64,000 nt of DNA, taken from NCBI GenBank assembly GCA_043228905.1, contig JBHGNT010000001.1, forward strand, positions 806,001 through 870,000. Direction: 5' to 3'. Positions 11,295 through 22,314 of this stretch are shown one piece after another. Both the position numbers and the translations under genes were made by a program. The notes below the pieces were generated by a model that saw only the letters and a list, made by a program, of their open reading frames with translations, did not search any database and was not told the origin of the DNA. Origin of the DNA: Azolla caroliniana (Eukaryota; Plantae; Polypodiophyta). How positions within the stretch are numbered: the first letter of the stretch is position 1; each line of letters opens with the position of its first letter.

Positions 11295-14200
11295 TTGGAG
11301 GTATGGCTTTCGTTTAACTCTAGTTCCATTCAGTCTGTTGCTTTACTTGATTCTGGGGCATCTTCTTGCTTCATCGACGTCGCGTTTGCCCAAGCACATG
11401 GCGTACCTATCGTTGGCCTCTCAAAACCCATTCCAGTTGAAGCCATTGACGGGTGCGTCCTCTCGTCAGGTGTAATTACTCAAGCTACAATCCCATTAGG
11501 GCTTCGGGTGGGCTCACACCAGGAGGAGCTCACCTTTTACCTCATCGCATCTCCTCGACATCCGATCGTCTTAGGACTAACGTGGTTGGAGGCGCACAAT
11601 CCAATAGTGGATTGGTGCAACCGCTCGATCACATTTAGCAAGCCAAGATGCTCATGCAAAAGTATGAAGGTAAATTCAGTTTCCTATCCTTCGGAGACGG
11701 TCGACTCCGAATTGACTACCCCAACATCGGTCCAGGATGGGTTTGTTTGTGGCGCCATTTCTAACACACTCCATGTTATTCCCGAAAAATACCAACACTT
11801 CTCCGATGTATTTGAAAAATGTAATGCTGATCGTTTGCCTGAACACCGGTTCTACGACTGTCCGATTGATCTTCAAGAAGGTGCATGTCCACCCTTTGGT
11901 CCTCTATATGCGTTGTTTGCACCAGAGTTGAAGGCCCTTCGTGTGTATCTCGATGAGAACCTCGAGAAAGGATTTATTCAACCTTCTAAGTCACCAGCCG
12001 GGGCCCCCATTTTATTTGTGAAGAAGAAGGACGGCTCTCTACGCTTATGCGTCGACTACCGAGGTCTCAACAAACTCACTGTGCGCAACCGCTATCTGCT
12101 ACCTCTGATCCCCGAACTCCTTGATCGGCTCCGAGTTGCGCGTGTCTTCTCCAAAGTTGATCTGCGTGGAGCGTACAATCTAGTACGCATCAAGCCGGGG
12201 GATGAATGGAAAAATGCATTTCGAACACGGTATGGGCATTTCGAATACAAGGTAATGCCTTTTGGTCTTACTAACGCTCCCGCAATTTTTCAACATATGA
12301 TGAACGATATTTTCCGGCAATATCTTGATCTTTTTGTTGTCATTTACCTCGATGATATTCTCATTTTCTCACCAAACATGGAGGAGCACACTCGCCAAGT
12401 CCGATTAGTTCTTGCCAAACTTCGCGAGCATGGCCTTTATGCCAAAGGCGAGAAATGCGAGTTCGACCGTACCTCGATCGAATTTCTGGGCTACATCATC
12501 TCGCCCACTGGCATCACCATGCATATGAAGAAGGTCTCTGTCATTCAGGCGTGGGCGACTCCAAGGCGACTTAAAGATGTGCAATCCTTCCTCAGCTTTG
12601 CGAATTTTTACCGTCGCTTCATCAAGGGGTTTTCCACCCTAGCACAACCTCTTATCGCTCTCACCCATAAAGGCACTCCATTTTTATGGACCTCGGAGGC
12701 ACAAAATGCGTTCGACTCACTCAAACACGCATTCATCACTACCCTAGTGCTGCTACATGCCGACCCCACAAAACCCTTCCAAGTCGAAACCGATGCCTCT
12801 GACTTTGCCATTGGCGCCATCTTATCCCAAGCAGATGACAACAACCTAATGCACCCAGTGGCTTACTATTCCCGAAAATTTACGGCATCCGAAATCAATT
12901 ATCCCATTTACGATAAGGAGCTTGCTGCTATCATTGCTGCCTTTGAAGAATGGCGACCCTACTTGGCCGGCGCAGAACATCGTGTCCAGGTAGTGACTAA
13001 TCATAAAAATTTAGTTTATTTTTCCACCACTCGTACTTTGAATCGAAGGCAGGCCCGTTGGTCGACATTTCTTGCCGACTACGATTTTGAGATCGTATTT
13101 CGACCTGGTGGCCAACATGGGAAGGCTGATGCCCTTTCTCGTCGAGCTAACCTTGCACTCCGCCCTGGGGATGCTGCTTATGCTCAACAATCTAGACGTT
13201 TGTTGAAACCCGACCAATTGCATCTTTTTGCCACTTCTATGTTGCAGGATGATTCTTTACTCCAACAAATCACTGATGCATCCAAGACCGATGCGTTCGC
13301 CAACGAGATTCGAGATAGTCTGCAAAACCCCTCCAAGGCGACCAAAAGGAAGGATCTTGACACCTTCACCATACAAGAGGATTTGTTGTTCCGAGATCAT
13401 CTCGTATACGTCCCAGAGGGCCCATGTCGCACCCGGGTGTTGCAGGAATGCCACGATGACCCACTTGCAGGTCATTTCAGGGTCGCGAAAACCCTCGAGC
13501 TAATCTCTCGGGGGTATTGGTGGCCACAACCATGGAAGTTGGTCAAAGAATACATAAAGAGTTGTGAGGTTTGTGCTCGCTCCAAAGCCATTCATCATCG
13601 GCCATACGGCTTACTACAGCCACTTCCATGTCCTCGTCGTCCTTGGGCCTCTATCTCTATGGACCTGATAACTGATCTACCCTTGGTCAATAGCTATGAC
13701 TCGGTGTTGGTCATTGTCGATCGGTTTACGAAGATGGCTCACTTCACTCCATGCTCCAAAACCATTTCCGGAGAAGGAATGGTGCATCTCCTACTCAACA
13801 ATGTGGTACGCTTGCATGGACTCCCCGATGATGTCATCTCGGATTACGGACCCCAGTTTGTCTCTCACTTCTGGCAACACCTGCTACAAACTTTAGGCAT
13901 CTCTGTCAAGTTGTCCTCCGCTTATCACCCCCAAACTGACGGGCAAACGGAGCGTGTCAACCAAATCCTTGAGCAGTATCTTCGGTGCTCGGTTAGTTAC
14001 CAACAAGATGATTGGGTCAACTTACTTTCGCTCGCGGAATTCGCCTACAATAATTCTCTCCATGCATCGACTGGCGTCACTCCCTTCTTTGCCAACTACG
14101 GTTTACATCCTCGCTTCAACATTTCCCTTCCTACCACTTCCGTGAACCCTTCGGCGGAGGATCGCGCCCGCATTTTGGAAGAACTACATCATGATTTATC

Positions 14201-14774
14201 CTTGGAGCTCAGTCTTGCTAGTGAACGATACAAGACGCAGGCTGATCGCCATCGATCTTCCACTCCACACTTTGTCGTTGGAGACATGGTCTGGTTGTTA
14301 CGTCGACACATCTCTACTACTCGTCCATGTGCGAAACTTGATTACAAGAAGTTGGGACCATTCCGTATCATCGAGTGCATCAATCCCGCCGCCCTCCGGC
14401 TCGCCCTTCCATCCCACTTCCGGATTCACGATGTTTTTCATGTCTCCCTCCTCGAACCCCATTATGCTTCACAACTCCCACGACGTCAAGCCCCACCACC
14501 ACCACCTGTGCAATTGACGATAGGGGAGGAATACGAGGTCGACCAAATCCTTGACTTGCGTTGGCACCATCGACACTTGCAATACCTCGTCCTATGGAGG
14601 GGTTACCCCATGTCTGAGGCCACATGGGAACCATCGGCAAATTTACAAAATGCCCCAGAGGTCGTCCAAGATTTTCATCACCGATATCCCCACAAACCAG
14701 CGGCCGATTTAGGAAGGCAGCGTAGGAGGGGGGATAATGTCAAGATTCGAACTCTTGACACGACCATGTTATAA
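11295..14774 (+). CDS. pol: Gypsy Pol: protease, RT, RNase H, integrase, chromodomain
   Basis: LLDSGA, YLDD, ETDASDFAIG, HDDPLAGH..CEVC, GQTER, YEVDQIL..YLVLWRGY..TWEP; -1 frame relative to gag; stop lies inside the 3' LTR. Confidence 0.95.
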   Translation: MEVWLSFNSSSIQSVALLDSGASSCFIDVAFAQAHGVPIVGLSKPIPVEAIDGCVLSSGVITQATIPLGLRVGSHQEELTFYLIASPRHPIVLGLTWLEAHNPIVDWCNRSITFSKPRCSCKSMKVNSVSYPSETVDSELTTPTSVQDGFVCGAISNTLHVIPEKYQHFSDVFEKCNADRLPEHRFYDCPIDLQEGACPPFGPLYALFAPELKALRVYLDENLEKGFIQPSKSPAGAPILFVKKKDGSLRLCVDYRGLNKLTVRNRYLLPLIPELLDRLRVARVFSKVDLRGAYNLVRIKPGDEWKNAFRTRYGHFEYKVMPFGLTNAPAIFQHMMNDIFRQYLDLFVVIYLDDILIFSPNMEEHTRQVRLVLAKLREHGLYAKGEKCEFDRTSIEFLGYIISPTGITMHMKKVSVIQAWATPRRLKDVQSFLSFANFYRRFIKGFSTLAQPLIALTHKGTPFLWTSEAQNAFDSLKHAFITTLVLLHADPTKPFQVETDASDFAIGAILSQADDNNLMHPVAYYSRKFTASEINYPIYDKELAAIIAAFEEWRPYLAGAEHRVQVVTNHKNLVYFSTTRTLNRRQARWSTFLADYDFEIVFRPGGQHGKADALSRRANLALRPGDAAYAQQSRRLLKPDQLHLFATSMLQDDSLLQQITDASKTDAFANEIRDSLQNPSKATKRKDLDTFTIQEDLLFRDHLVYVPEGPCRTRVLQECHDDPLAGHFRVAKTLELISRGYWWPQPWKLVKEYIKSCEVCARSKAIHHRPYGLLQPLPCPRRPWASISMDLITDLPLVNSYDSVLVIVDRFTKMAHFTPCSKTISGEGMVHLLLNNVVRLHGLPDDVISDYGPQFVSHFWQHLLQTLGISVKLSSAYHPQTDGQTERVNQILEQYLRCSVSYQQDDWVNLLSLAEFAYNNSLHASTGVTPFFANYGLHPRFNISLPTTSVNPSAEDRARILEELHHDLSLELSLASERYKTQADRHRSSTPHFVVGDMVWLLRRHISTTRPCAKLDYKKLGPFRIIECINPAALRLALPSHFRIHDVFHVSLLEPHYASQLPRRQAPPPPPVQLTIGEEYEVDQILDLRWHHRHLQYLVLWRGYPMSEATWEPSANLQNAPEVVQDFHHRYPHKPAADLGRQRRRGDNVKIRTLDTTML

Positions 14775-15193
14775 TCTAGTATTATGAGTTAACCAAGATA
14801 TCTAGTACTAGTTATGTATGTAATTGGTCCTTATTATTTTGCTAGCATCATGTGCATAGTTGTTCCCTTGTAGTATTTACACTTGGCACATGCATGCATA
14901 CCTACATGCTCTATTGTAGATTCACATGCGTGCAACAAGGATGCATGCCATGTAGTATAAATAGAGGAGTTCATCTTGAAGGAATTCAAGGTGAACAACA
15001 CCAGTTATGGAGTCTTTCCTTTAATACTATCTTCTTTCTTGTCCATTTGGTTATCTTCTTGCTTGTCTCTTGAGCTTATGATCCGTGACAGCGTATATTT
15101 TGTGTGTGTCTCTCTCTCTATCTCATACACATACACACACACACAGTTCACACCTATTCCGCTTCACAAGAATCCATCTCTTGATTCTTTACA

Positions 15194-15205
15194 TGGTATC
15201 AGAGC
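15194..15205 (+). promoter_or_regulatory. Copia PBS (tRNA-iMet)
   Basis: TGGTATCAGAGC directly after the 5' LTR end. Confidence 0.9.
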
Positions 15206-15350
15206 GATTTGGTAGCTCGATCTAGCCCATTCGCCTCATCGTGATCGTGTGTTGTGCTCTACGCCGACGACCAAGAACCGGCTCATAGCTATCGTAGCTT
15301 CACTACATAGCTCGCTTTTGGAGAGAAGAAGAAGAAGAAGAATCGACATA

Positions 15351-18300
15351 ATGAGTACTCAAATGGGGAGCGCTCTCCCTACCAAGAAGTTGGATCGAAA
15401 CAACTTCGCATCTTGGGAGTACAAGATGCACCAATACCTTGTCGGACAAGGCTATTGGAGCTACATCAAAGGAGCGCATGAAGACCGACCTACCGAAGCG
15501 ACTCACGGATACACGACATGGAAGCAAGCTGCAAGCCGCGTGATGTATTGTTTGGTGACATGTGTTCACGACCACATGCTCCGTTACATTTGAGCAGCCA
15601 AGACGCTGAAGGAAGCGTGGGAAAATCTACGAAAGATTTTCGCCGCCAACACGACCGCGAGGAAGCTTCAACTCCGCCAAGAGTTGAACAACATTCAACA
15701 AAGGGACATGTCCATCACGACATACACCTTGAAGATCAAGGAGCTTTGCGACTCGCTCGACTCAATAAGCGTAAGTATAGATGATGATGAGATGGTGCAA
15801 ATATGCCTCAGCGGCCTCGCACCACGGTTCGGCGTGATGCGAACCGCCGTTCTAGCATAGGAGAAATCTCCCTCCTTCTTCGAGCTCCAATCTATGCTAT
15901 TGGTCGAAGAAAACCACGTGCGTACAAGGAGCAATGAGTTGGAAGGCCACATGCTCTACACGCACTCTAATGGAGGAAGAGGACGCGGACAACAACTCCC
16001 AATTTTGGCCGCAAAACGGAGGCCAACGAGGAACCTTCGCAAGAAGGGGAGCTTCCACTCCGGCCCGAGCCATCAAAACGCAACCAAATGCGGATATTGC
16101 GGAAAGCTCGGCCACCACGAAGAAGAGTGCCGAAAGAAGATGCGTGAATCGGCTTCCACAAGCCGACAACTCACGAATTACGCACACAACTCCGACTACG
16201 AAGATCGTGGCGGAATGTATGCGCACAACTCCGACCATGGCGGAATGTTCATGATGAAACATAGAGCAAACTCTATGTCGGCCGCTACCTCAACTAGTGC
16301 CTTTGGTCCGAAAGACGTATGGTTCGTCGATTCCGGTGCCTCGAACCATATGACATCGCATCAAGAATGGTTCCGAGAACTTCGACAACCAGGTCGACCC
16401 GGCTATGTCGAAACCGGAGACGACACTACACACCCGATTCAGCACATTGGCAATGTTCTGTTCGGAAAAGAAGGTAAGCAAAATTACATTAAAAATGTCT
16501 TGCATGTACCGACCATTACGAAGAATTTGGTCTTCTCGGCCAAATTGTAGAGCAAGGGATTCAAGTTCGATTTAATCAAGGCGGTTGCTTCATCGAAAAA
16601 GAGGGCCGACCTATTGCACGCAGACGAAGAGAGGGCCGGATGTTCATTCTCGATTCACGCTGTCGTGAAGAAAACCGTCCCTTAGCGCAATCAGTGTATA
16701 GCGCGCGCGAACCGGCTCTTCACGCGTGCGTGCCCTCTAATGTATATAATAAAGGATTAGTACAAAGGTATATCCTAGGTAGTTAGATTCGGTAGGTAGG
16801 AAGTTAATGAGGGAAACGGTTCCCTTCTTGGAGCTATAAAAGAGAGGGAGGCGCGGGGAGAAAGGGATCGCGCATTGAGGAGGACAAAGTGTTGTCGGAC
16901 CGTAACCGAACGCTTCTCCTCTGTTCATTCTCCATCGCTCTTCTCTGCAGGTTTTCGGGAGGCTCGCGCTGCTTCGAGGAACGCCCGTGTGCTTCCGGCA
17001 ACACCTCCATCCTATCCCCTTTCGTGCGCAGATGAGCACGCATCGACATCTGTTCGCCGGCCTGTTCGGTTGTAACCGCTCGCGTGCTCTGTTGTTTTGT
17101 GTCATTTGTTAATATACAAACATTTGTGTCTCTCTGCCTCTGTGTCCATTCGTGTTTTCTGCGTTGACGGGCCATGTCCCTGTGTTTCTTTGCTCATACG
17201 TAACCGGTCGTCCCTCTCTTTCTCTTCCCCCTCCTATCACCTGCTCTTCGGTTCAAGACCCCGGTGGTCCCGCCTCGTTTCTCCATGCACGCGCGTAGTA
17301 ACGCGACAACGTGAGATGAAATCCGCCATGTTCGCGAAAAACACGAAAGTCGACTCCGACATAGAGCTATGGCACAAGCAAATTGGCCACATCAATATCA
17401 ACAAACTTAAAGCAATGAAATCAAAAGGAGTCGTCATCGGACTCCCCACATTCAAAGAGAAGGAGATTGAAGGTGTATGCGAAGCGTGCCAATTCGGCAA
17501 GCAACACCGACGCCCATTCCCGAAAGAGCGGAACGTGAGCAAAGGTCTACTCGACGTAGTCCATTCCGACGTATGGGGACCAGCGCAGATGGCTACATTT
17601 GGCGGATGCCGATATTACGTGCTCTTCATCGACGACTTCTCTAGGCACACTTGGATCTACCCGATGCGGCAAAAAAGCGAAGTGTTCGGACACTTCCAAA
17701 ATTTCAAGAATGAAGTCGAGAAAGCCACGGGCCGACATGTACGATGCCTTCAATCGGATGGCGACAAGGAGTACTTCTCGGACGATTTCACGGCGTATCT
17801 CCGAAAGGAAGGAATTCGGTGAGAATTCACTTGCAGACACACTCCGCAACAAAACGGAGTAGCCGAGCGCAAAAGTCGGCACATCCTCAAAGTAGCGCGG
17901 GCCATGATGAACGAGAAGCATATGCCCAAGTCATATTGGGCAGAAGCTGCAAATACAGTCGTCTACCTAATGAACCGGTGCACAACATCCGGCGTGCACG
18001 AGGTCACTCCGCACGAAAAATACTTCGGAAAGAAGCCGGACTTATCGCACATCCGGATATTCAGCGCGATAGCGTACGTGCACATCCCCGAGGAGAAGCG
18101 TCAAAAGCTTGACCCAAAGTCGGAGAAATGTATCCTCGTAGGATACTCATTGGAGCAAAAGGGGTACAAGTGCTACAACCCCTCAACTCGAAAATCTCGA
18201 GTAAGTCGAGATGTCATTTTTGACGAGTCTGCATCATGGTACGCACTAGAGACAACTTCGCCTCTGCTCGACCCGGAATTTGCCGAACAAGAGATCGAGG

Positions 18301-20222
18301 ATGAAGATCGCCCTACGCGCATGATCGAAGAAAGTCTGATCACGACCCGACTGAGCGGACCACAAGAGCCTTTGAGCGATCAAAGCACATCACGGCCTAG
18401 CCCGAAGATGGACAAAGGCAAGGCGAAAATGGTGGAATATGAAGACGATCGCTTCGACGACGATGAATCAACTCACTCACTCGATAGTGAGTTCGGCGGC
18501 TTCGATGTACCAATCGGAGCTAAGAAAGCCCTCATCTCTGCAAATGAAAAGCTCTACCGATCCACTCGAGAAAAGAACCATGTAAGTCGATTCGGCTACA
18601 ACGATTATATGGCGTACCATTACGCCTTTATGATGAAGATAGCGACAATACAGGAGCCGGAAACCTTTTCGAAAGCCCCGAAGGACCCGCGATGGATCGA
18701 AGCAATGAACGAGGAGATGCAGGCACTACGGAAGAACGAGACGTGGGATCTCGTTTCCACCTCACCACACAAAAAGGCAATCGGATGCAGATGGATCTAC
18801 AAGGTGAAGTATAACGCTGATGGCTCCGTAAACCGCTACAAAGCTCGACTCGTAGCGAAAGGATACGCTCATACGCATGGCGTCAACTACGAAGAGATCT
18901 TTGCCCCGGTGGCAAAGATGACGACGGTGCGGACCGTAATTGCGCTTGTCGCGGCGAAAGGGTGGCACCTCCATCAAATGGACGTCAAGAACGCCTTTCT
19001 ACAAGGCGAATTAGAAGAGGAGGTGTACATGATACAACCACCCGGCTTCAACTCGAGCACCCATCCAAAAGTCGTATGCCGACTCAAGAAGCCACTCTAC
19101 GACCTCAAGCAAGCACCGCGTGCTTGGCATTCGAAGATAACGCAATATCTTCATCAAATCGGCTTTCGTATGTCAAAATCGGACAACTCCCTCTACATAC
19201 GAGGTGATTCCGCAAGTCCGATCGTCATCATCTTATATGTGGATGACCTAGTCATTGGAGGTGAGCATCTCGTCAAAATCACTAAGGTCAAATCCCTCCT
19301 TTCCGACAAGTTCGAGATGATGGACATGAAGGAGCTCCACTACTTCCTTGGCATCGAGGTGATTCGGACTCCGGCCGGAATCATGATCTCTTAACGGCAC
19401 TACATCCTCAACTTGTTATACAAGTTCAGGATGGCTGAGTGCAAATCTGTGGCAACCTCGCTCGATCGTAATCTCAAACTAGATGCAAACTCCGGCACCA
19501 AAGCGTGTGAGCCGACTCGGTATCGGCAACTCATCGGGAGTCTCATCTACCTCACGATCACTCGACCCGATCTCAGTTATCCGGTCGATCTCCTTAGCCA
19601 ATTCATGCAAACACCGCGTGATATTCACTTGGATTGCGCTAAGCGAGTTCTACGATACGTGAGCGGCACAATGGATTGCGGCATCCTCTACAAGACCGCA
19701 ATGATAATACGACTCGAGGGGTACACAGACGCCGATTGGGCCAACTACAAAGCCGATAGAAGATCAACCTCCGGATTTGTTTTCTCCCTCGGCAGCGGAG
19801 CAATATCCTAGAGTAGCAAGAACCAGCCTACCGTCACTCTTTCGAGTACGGAGGCGGAATATAGAGGCGCAGCCGTAGTTGCAAGTGAAGTCGTATGGCT
19901 CAAGAGGATTTTGAAGGATCTGGGCGTACCCATCATGGATCCGACTTCCCTTTACTGCGACAACATGAGCAGTATCTATCTAGCTCGGAACCCGGTGTTC
20001 CACGCGCGGAAAAAGCACATCGAAGTGCACTATCACTTCATCCGAGAGCGCGTTCTGGCTGGCAGTGTCGACCTACAACACATTAGCACCAATCTTCAAA
20101 CGGCCGACATCTTCATTAAAGCCTTAGGAGTCGACAAGCTATGGCAATTCATGACCGATCTCGGATTGACGATCCCTGACCTGCCAAGCTTGAGGGGGAG
20201 TACTGAAGACACTACGCAATAA
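15351..20222 (+). pseudogene. Copia gag-pol pseudogene
   Basis: NFASWEYKM, CGYCGKLGHHEEEC, WFVDSGASNHMT, HSDVWGP, YKARLVAKG, LYVDD, YTDADW, KHIEVHYHFIRE; stops at 15591, 15858, 17820, 19392, 19809; frameshift near 16536; insertion 16661-17308. Confidence 0.93.
16661..17308 (+). mobile_element. Solo LTR of an unrelated element inserted in the Copia pol
   Basis: TGTCG...CGACA inverted termini; TATAAAA at 16835; flanks ACGC/ACGT; removing it restores the Copia frame MFILDSR-EMKSAMF. Confidence 0.8.
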
Positions 20223-22314
20223 CGCATAGATTCCGCAACCACGCAACGAAGCAGCGAAGAGCCGATCTACCGAGCAAAGCCACGAAGAAAGACGCAAGCC
20301 GAAGCACAGACTTCGTAACTACGCACAACGCAAGCTGGAGCATGGATTCCGCAACTCCGCATAAAGCGAGTCGACGTGGACTCTGGAACGTGAGTTGAAG
20401 CGGATTTCGGATACCGTCTGAAACCGACTTGAGCTTCAGGGGGCGTGTTGAGAATCAAGCTCAACTTGGTCTAGTGTGTGAACTCACCCTGAGAGTGAAT
20501 AGACACTCCAACGGTCAAGAGTCACCATTATGTCACCACTTTGTATTCTAGCATTTAGTATGAGTCATAGAATCATATTCTATGACACATAACTTATGAG
20601 CTTTCACATTCCCCATGCTCCATGAGCCTTGTAGTTAATGAAGAGAGAGGGTGACTATATAAAGCACCCTCCTCCCACCTTGTATAGTGTTGAGTCTTTC
20701 TCCTTTGCTAATATACTTAACCTTGCGTATACTCTGTGTGTGTCTCTCTCTCTATCTCATACACATACACACACACACAGTTCACACCTATTCCGCTTCA
20801 CAAGAATCCATCTCTTGATTCTTTACAACAACATTAGATGTGTTGCTTGTTCACGAACAAGTGTCATATTGAGGCCATTGTTTTTACACATTGTCAACAT
20901 TAATACCAACACTAGACTCCAACAACATACTACTAAGTGTGAATAAGCGAAAGGTAATAGTGGTCGATGAAAAGCCACCATATTGGTGTGCTTTAGGATT
21001 AGATGGCAAAGAATGGAAATTCAAGACAAGTGAATGATTTGCATAAACCTTCGAGCACAAATGTGAGGATAAAGGTAACAACAAAATGATGCTACAAGAA
21101 CAATAATATTTACCAAAAAGAACATCTTTTATGTATAGCCTTAGGGTATTTCTTAATACTAATGTAGTATCTTTTCTTGGGAAAAAAAAAAGAATAATTA
21201 TAAACTCTAGTCTTCTTAGTGCTGAGATGGTCAATAGGGCACAATCTTCAAAATAAGTTCTTGACCATTGATTTCATGCTTTTACCTAAATGTGTTTGTG
21301 AGACAACGGTGTGCTTGTATTCAATGTGAGACAAGGTGTTGGGGCAAATACAAGGAGTCTCTTTGCCTATAAATATGTTGCATGGAATAAGCTCCTAAAT
21401 TTGATATCACGCTATTGTGTTGCCCCACCTTTGATCATATTTGAGTTTGATGGGTCTCAATCTCATGATTTCTTGTCAAAGGTTGTCATATCTCATGTGA
21501 TCTTTTAACAAGGCAACAAGAGGCGAACTCCCTTCAAACATTGTGAATACATTGCAAATAATAACTAAGAAAAATATGCACACATTACTAAAACCTCAGA
21601 TATTCAAGTTTAGTTCATCTATAAATGGAGAGGAAAGCCCACATATTAACGGCTACAAACGCCAACAAATATCTATCTACAAATATCAAGAGAATGTATT
21701 CCAAAAGATGCATTGGCAAAATGTTTCCAAGCAAGGTTCATAACATATCCAACTAATGCAGGTGTTTTACGGAGGAGAAATTCATGAACTATTAAGACTT
21801 GCATCATAGAATTTCTGGAGGTCCTTTATAGAAGAGAAATTCATGACTCAGTTCACCTTATTTGTCTCTCTTGACACCGATTAAATGGTCAAGACATTCA
21901 GCAAAGACGATATCCCTTTACCTGGATCAAAAAACTTTGTTTCTTTATAAAGGTACTTTTCTACAAACTTTTCTGGCTACAAAATCTACCAGAATTCTGT
22001 TAAAATTGAATTGAAAAATGGAGTCAGCATCTTTTCTTTTCTTGCTAATCCATTAATAGCAGCTCATTTCATATTTAATAAGAACCAACATTGTGTTGAA
22101 TGTAACATACATTAAATTACCTAGGATAAAATGGATAATGGATATTGCAAGGCTATTTAAAGAATCTAAGCTCATTTCACAACTGATAATATAACAAGAT
22201 AGCACAAATTTGGCAGTTTATTGAAGGATACTAACTCTACATGTACACATCAGCTATAACGAAGAATCCCAAAAAATCTTCTCAAAAAAAATTCACTCAG
22301 TATAACAAATAATC

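Larger units (their letters stand above)
9802..15090 (+). mobile_element. Ty3/Gypsy chromovirus (Tcn1/Tf1-sushi-like), nearly intact, inserted in the Copia 5' LTR
   Basis: 353-bp LTRs 9802-10154 and 14738-15090 with about 4 substitutions; perfect TSD GCGTA (9797-9801 / 15091-15095); PPT AGGAGGGGGGATAA 14724-14737. Confidence 0.97.
9536..20827 (+). mobile_element. Ty1/Copia LTR retrotransposon, full length but inactivated, hosting two nested insertions
   Basis: TG..CA termini; perfect 5-bp TSD ACAAC (9531-9535 / 20828-20832); 5' LTR 9536-9801 + 15096-15193; 3' LTR 20446-20827; PBS TGGTATCAGAGC; gag-PR-IN-RT-RH order. Confidence 0.95.
8700..21540 (-). mobile_element. Degenerate L1-like LINE relic (about 8700-9535 plus 20833-21540) split by the Copia insertion
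   Basis: Minus-strand fragments in RT order (PLTISAL ~ RPITLL; FLVNIIVL ~ ILDNIIV; SSVGINV ~ SSVLING); heavily mutated, boundaries approximate. Confidence 0.35.

Noticed and set aside
16862-16872. AAGGGATC.. after the TATA box in the solo LTR, resembling the self-primers
   Set aside because: The PBS is absent in a solo LTR, TATA spacing differs (27 nt) and no matching second helix was found; cannot be supported
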